Assembly (NCBI GenBank): GCA_965140415.1
Contig: OZ223209.1
Location: forward strand, 5,568,001 to 5,632,000
DNA from: Myxococcota bacterium
GTDB lineage: Bacteria > Myxococcota_A > SURF-8
Length of the DNA: 64,000 nucleotides
Direction of reading: 5' to 3'
The notes beneath the pieces were generated by a model. The model was not told the origin of the DNA, ran no database searches, and worked only from the letters and a program-made list of their open reading frames with translations. The translations under genes were made by a program, and so were the position numbers. Numbering within the stretch: position 1 is the first letter of the stretch; each line of letters starts with the position of its first letter. Below are positions 61,725 to 64,000 of this stretch, piece by piece.

Positions 61725-62597
61725 ATGGATTACGTCGGATCGATTTTCAGACCGCCCTCAGAGGCGGATTCCTTGCTGGTACAGGCGACCATCGGTTGCA
61801 GCCATAATAAATGCAGTTTCTGCGCGATGTACCGCGACAAGAAGTTCAAAGTCAAGCCGCTGGAAACCGTGCTGCGCGATCTGGACGAAGGCCTGGCAAT
61901 TCGTCATTTCCGCCGCGTGTTTCTTTGTGATGGCGACGCCATGATTCTACCAACCAAACGCCTGATGGAAATCCTGAACTACATCCGGCAGCATGGACCG
62001 CACATCGAGCGCGTTTCGCTTTACGGCGATGCGCGCGGAATTCTTAAAAAAACCCACGAAGAACTGGTGGAGCTGCGCGACGCCGGTCTGGGCATGGTTT
62101 ATCACGGCATCGAATCGGGCGATGAAGAGGTGCTGCGACGCATCCAGAAAGGCTCATCCGCAGCCGAGCAGATCGAAGCGGCGAAAAAGCTCAAGCGCGC
62201 CGGGGTGCGCTATTCCGGCATCGTGCTATTAGGCGCGGGCGGAGTGGAGCTTTCCGAGCAGCACGCCAAAAACACGGCGCTGGCATTGACCGAAGGCGAC
62301 CCGGATTACGTCGGCTGCCTGATGTTGACGGTCGTGCCCTATACACCGTTATGGGAGCAGCAGCAAAAGGGCGAGTTTAACATGCCCGACAAATGGGGTC
62401 TGCTGCGCGAGCTGCGCACCATCGTCGCCGAATCGAATTTCACGAACTGCCATTTCACCGCCAACCATGCCAGCAACTACCTGCCGATCAAAGCGGATCT
62501 GCCGCGCAACAAGCAGGCGGTGCTCTCCGTGCTCGACGAAGTCATCCGCTCCGGCGACGAAAGCCGCTTGCGCCCCGAATGGATGCGTGGTCTGTAG
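61725..62597 (+). CDS. Radical SAM protein
   Basis: IFRPPSEA.S, GCSHNKCSFC (CxxxCxxC), VFLCDGDA, GIESG, ANHASNYL; AGGAGG RBS. Confidence 0.92.
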   Translation: MDYVGSIFRPPSEADSLLVQATIGCSHNKCSFCAMYRDKKFKVKPLETVLRDLDEGLAIRHFRRVFLCDGDAMILPTKRLMEILNYIRQHGPHIERVSLYGDARGILKKTHEELVELRDAGLGMVYHGIESGDEEVLRRIQKGSSAAEQIEAAKKLKRAGVRYSGIVLLGAGGVELSEQHAKNTALALTEGDPDYVGCLMLTVVPYTPLWEQQQKGEFNMPDKWGLLRELRTIVAESNFTNCHFTANHASNYLPIKADLPRNKQAVLSVLDEVIRSGDESRLRPEWMRGL

Positions 62598-62643
62598 AAG
62601 AAAAGGTCGGGTGAGATCGTCCGACCGGAGGGTGGTCCAGGCT

Positions 62644-62705
62644 GTAGGTCGGTCAGATTTTCTGACCGACAATAAATCATGTCGGACAAAATTTGTCCGA
62701 CCTAC
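62644..62705. repeat. Intact REPIN family D (GTAG...CTAC)
   Basis: GTAG-GTCGGTCAGA-TTT-TCTGACCGAC-aataaatcat-GTCGGACAAA-A-TTTGTCCGAC-CTAC. Confidence 0.9.
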
Positions 62706-62736
62706 CGGCTTTGAAACCGGGGATCTGAGGTCTATG

Positions 62737-62770
62737 CACATGGGCAGCCTGCGGTTAGCCCATGCCACAC
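62737..62770 (+). repeat. Half copy of REPIN family A-variant
   Basis: CACATGGGCAGCCTGCGGTTAGCCCATGCCAC. Confidence 0.6.
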
Positions 62771-62849
62771 ATTCAATTCGTCAAAGGTTCAGGACGATTG
62801 TAACGCCCGACACACCCCCGCTACCCACTTCCACGATAGCGGGAAAAGT

Positions 62850-64000
62850 CTATTGGTACAACTCACGCACGGCCTGCAACAGCAAGGGGCCGGTCTGCTC
62901 GCCAACCGAGACGGTACGCTCGTAGGCATACATGTCCATCTGCCATTCTTCGGCGTTCATGATGTAACCGATTTCATCGTTGGCCAGACCGAGAATCATT
63001 TTGTGTTTGGAAGGCATCATCTCTTTGATGGCAAAACCTAACGACGGGAAGATCTCGCCCGGCACACTGACGATGTTCAGCGCGCCCAGGTCCACCCGCC
63101 AGACTTCCGAATAGAGCTTGTCGTCGCGGATCTCGCGCTTGATGATCCCCTTCTCGCCCAGCATGCGGAACATGTCGTTTCCCAATGGCAGGCTCAATAA
63201 CTTGCGCTCGATGCGAATCTCCTTCAGATCCAACGGCTGCGCCTGCTGCAAGGAACGGCTGGCCAATCCCGCCAATACACGCCCGGCGCGCATTGCTCCC
63301 TTGCGGCGAATGTCGATCTGGTATTCGGTGTGGCGCGGCATGGCCGGGACGATGATTCCGCCGATGGGTCCATTGTAAAATAGGGCCACTCCGCCTTCAC
63401 GCTGCTCCAACGCCCGGTACAGATAGGCCGGGAAGTCGGCGGAAAGCTTGCGACTTTCCCCGCCCAGAAATTCCGCATGGCAGGCATAATTGACGACGGT
63501 GGCGATGGGCACACCGTTCAAGTCGCGAGCCTGCAACACCGTCATGATATCGTCTTTATGTCCCGGCTTATGGGCGTTTTCGCTGATGCCCTGGGGAACT
63601 TCCACGCTGTTTACGAACAATTTCGCCGGACGTGCCGAGGCGATGGCCCGGAACACGCCCTGGGCGATATCGCGCTCTACACGCGCCATGTAGCCCTTAT
63701 CCAAGCCGGACTGCGTCGGGGTGATCAGCGCCCAGCGTCCCCACATACCGACCGTATCCGGTCCGCTGTGCGTGTGTGTGCTGGCCAACAAGAAGCTGTC
63801 CGTGTACTGCTTGGAAATCCGTCCCCGCGTGCGCCAGACATGCCCGTTCATATAGCCGACGAAATCCATGCTGATCAACCCCAGCGTCTGGCGTCCGTCG
63901 TCGAGAATCAGAATACGGGCCGTGATCGGAGTTTCAACCCCCATGGCGACCTTGTTGGGAGAATAGCCGGCGATAAACATGCCACGAGGATTTTTCGGCG
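62850..64000 (-). CDS. Neutral/alkaline ceramidase N-terminal-domain-like metallohydrolase (5' end outside window)
   Basis: ASTHTHSGP, NYACH, SADFP, VPGEIF, GLANDE.GY; frame open to window edge. Confidence 0.8.
   Translation of the reverse strand, partial: PKNPRGMFIAGYSPNKVAMGVETPITARILILDDGRQTLGLISMDFVGYMNGHVWRTRGRISKQYTDSFLLASTHTHSGPDTVGMWGRWALITPTQSGLDKGYMARVERDIAQGVFRAIASARPAKLFVNSVEVPQGISENAHKPGHKDDIMTVLQARDLNGVPIATVVNYACHAEFLGGESRKLSADFPAYLYRALEQREGGVALFYNGPIGGIIVPAMPRHTEYQIDIRRKGAMRAGRVLAGLASRSLQQAQPLDLKEIRIERKLLSLPLGNDMFRMLGEKGIIKREIRDDKLYSEVWRVDLGALNIVSVPGEIFPSLGFAIKEMMPSKHKMILGLANDEIGYIMNAEEWQMDMYAYERTVSVGEQTGPLLLQAVRELYQ

Overview
A GC-rich bacterial chromosomal window, probably Myxococcota/deltaproteobacteria-like; this is inferred from a MYXO-CTERM-like tail, Cys-rich lipoproteins, a PEGA protein, PhaR and a DsrP homologue. 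Housekeeping genes include mutS2, pcm, tdk, dacB, argS, rqcH-like and a Kef-type antiporter. There is a complete starch/maltodextrin uptake operon (porin, GH13, MalK, fused MalE-MalF, MalG) and many exported lipoproteins with Asp-Gly-Asp (DGD) repeat linkers. The intergenic DNA holds several REP/REPIN-like hairpin families, and both insertion sequences sit inside such hairpins. An IS4 element (21948-23253, 19-bp TIR, 10-bp TSD) lies in a hairpin loop. An IS110/IS621-type element (60126-61298) has a left end that reads as a bridge RNA: the donor guides match its own ends, the target guides match a host GTAG-REP (empty copy at 62644-62705), and the circle junction rebuilds a 17-bp-spaced promoter. 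Other highlights are a stand-alone SIR2-like/TPR candidate defence gene with near-identical 105-bp repeats, and an orphan DsrP-like gene that shares a palindromic operator with its TetR neighbour. No rRNA, tRNA or CRISPR array was recognised. All calls come from reading the sequence; no searches were run.
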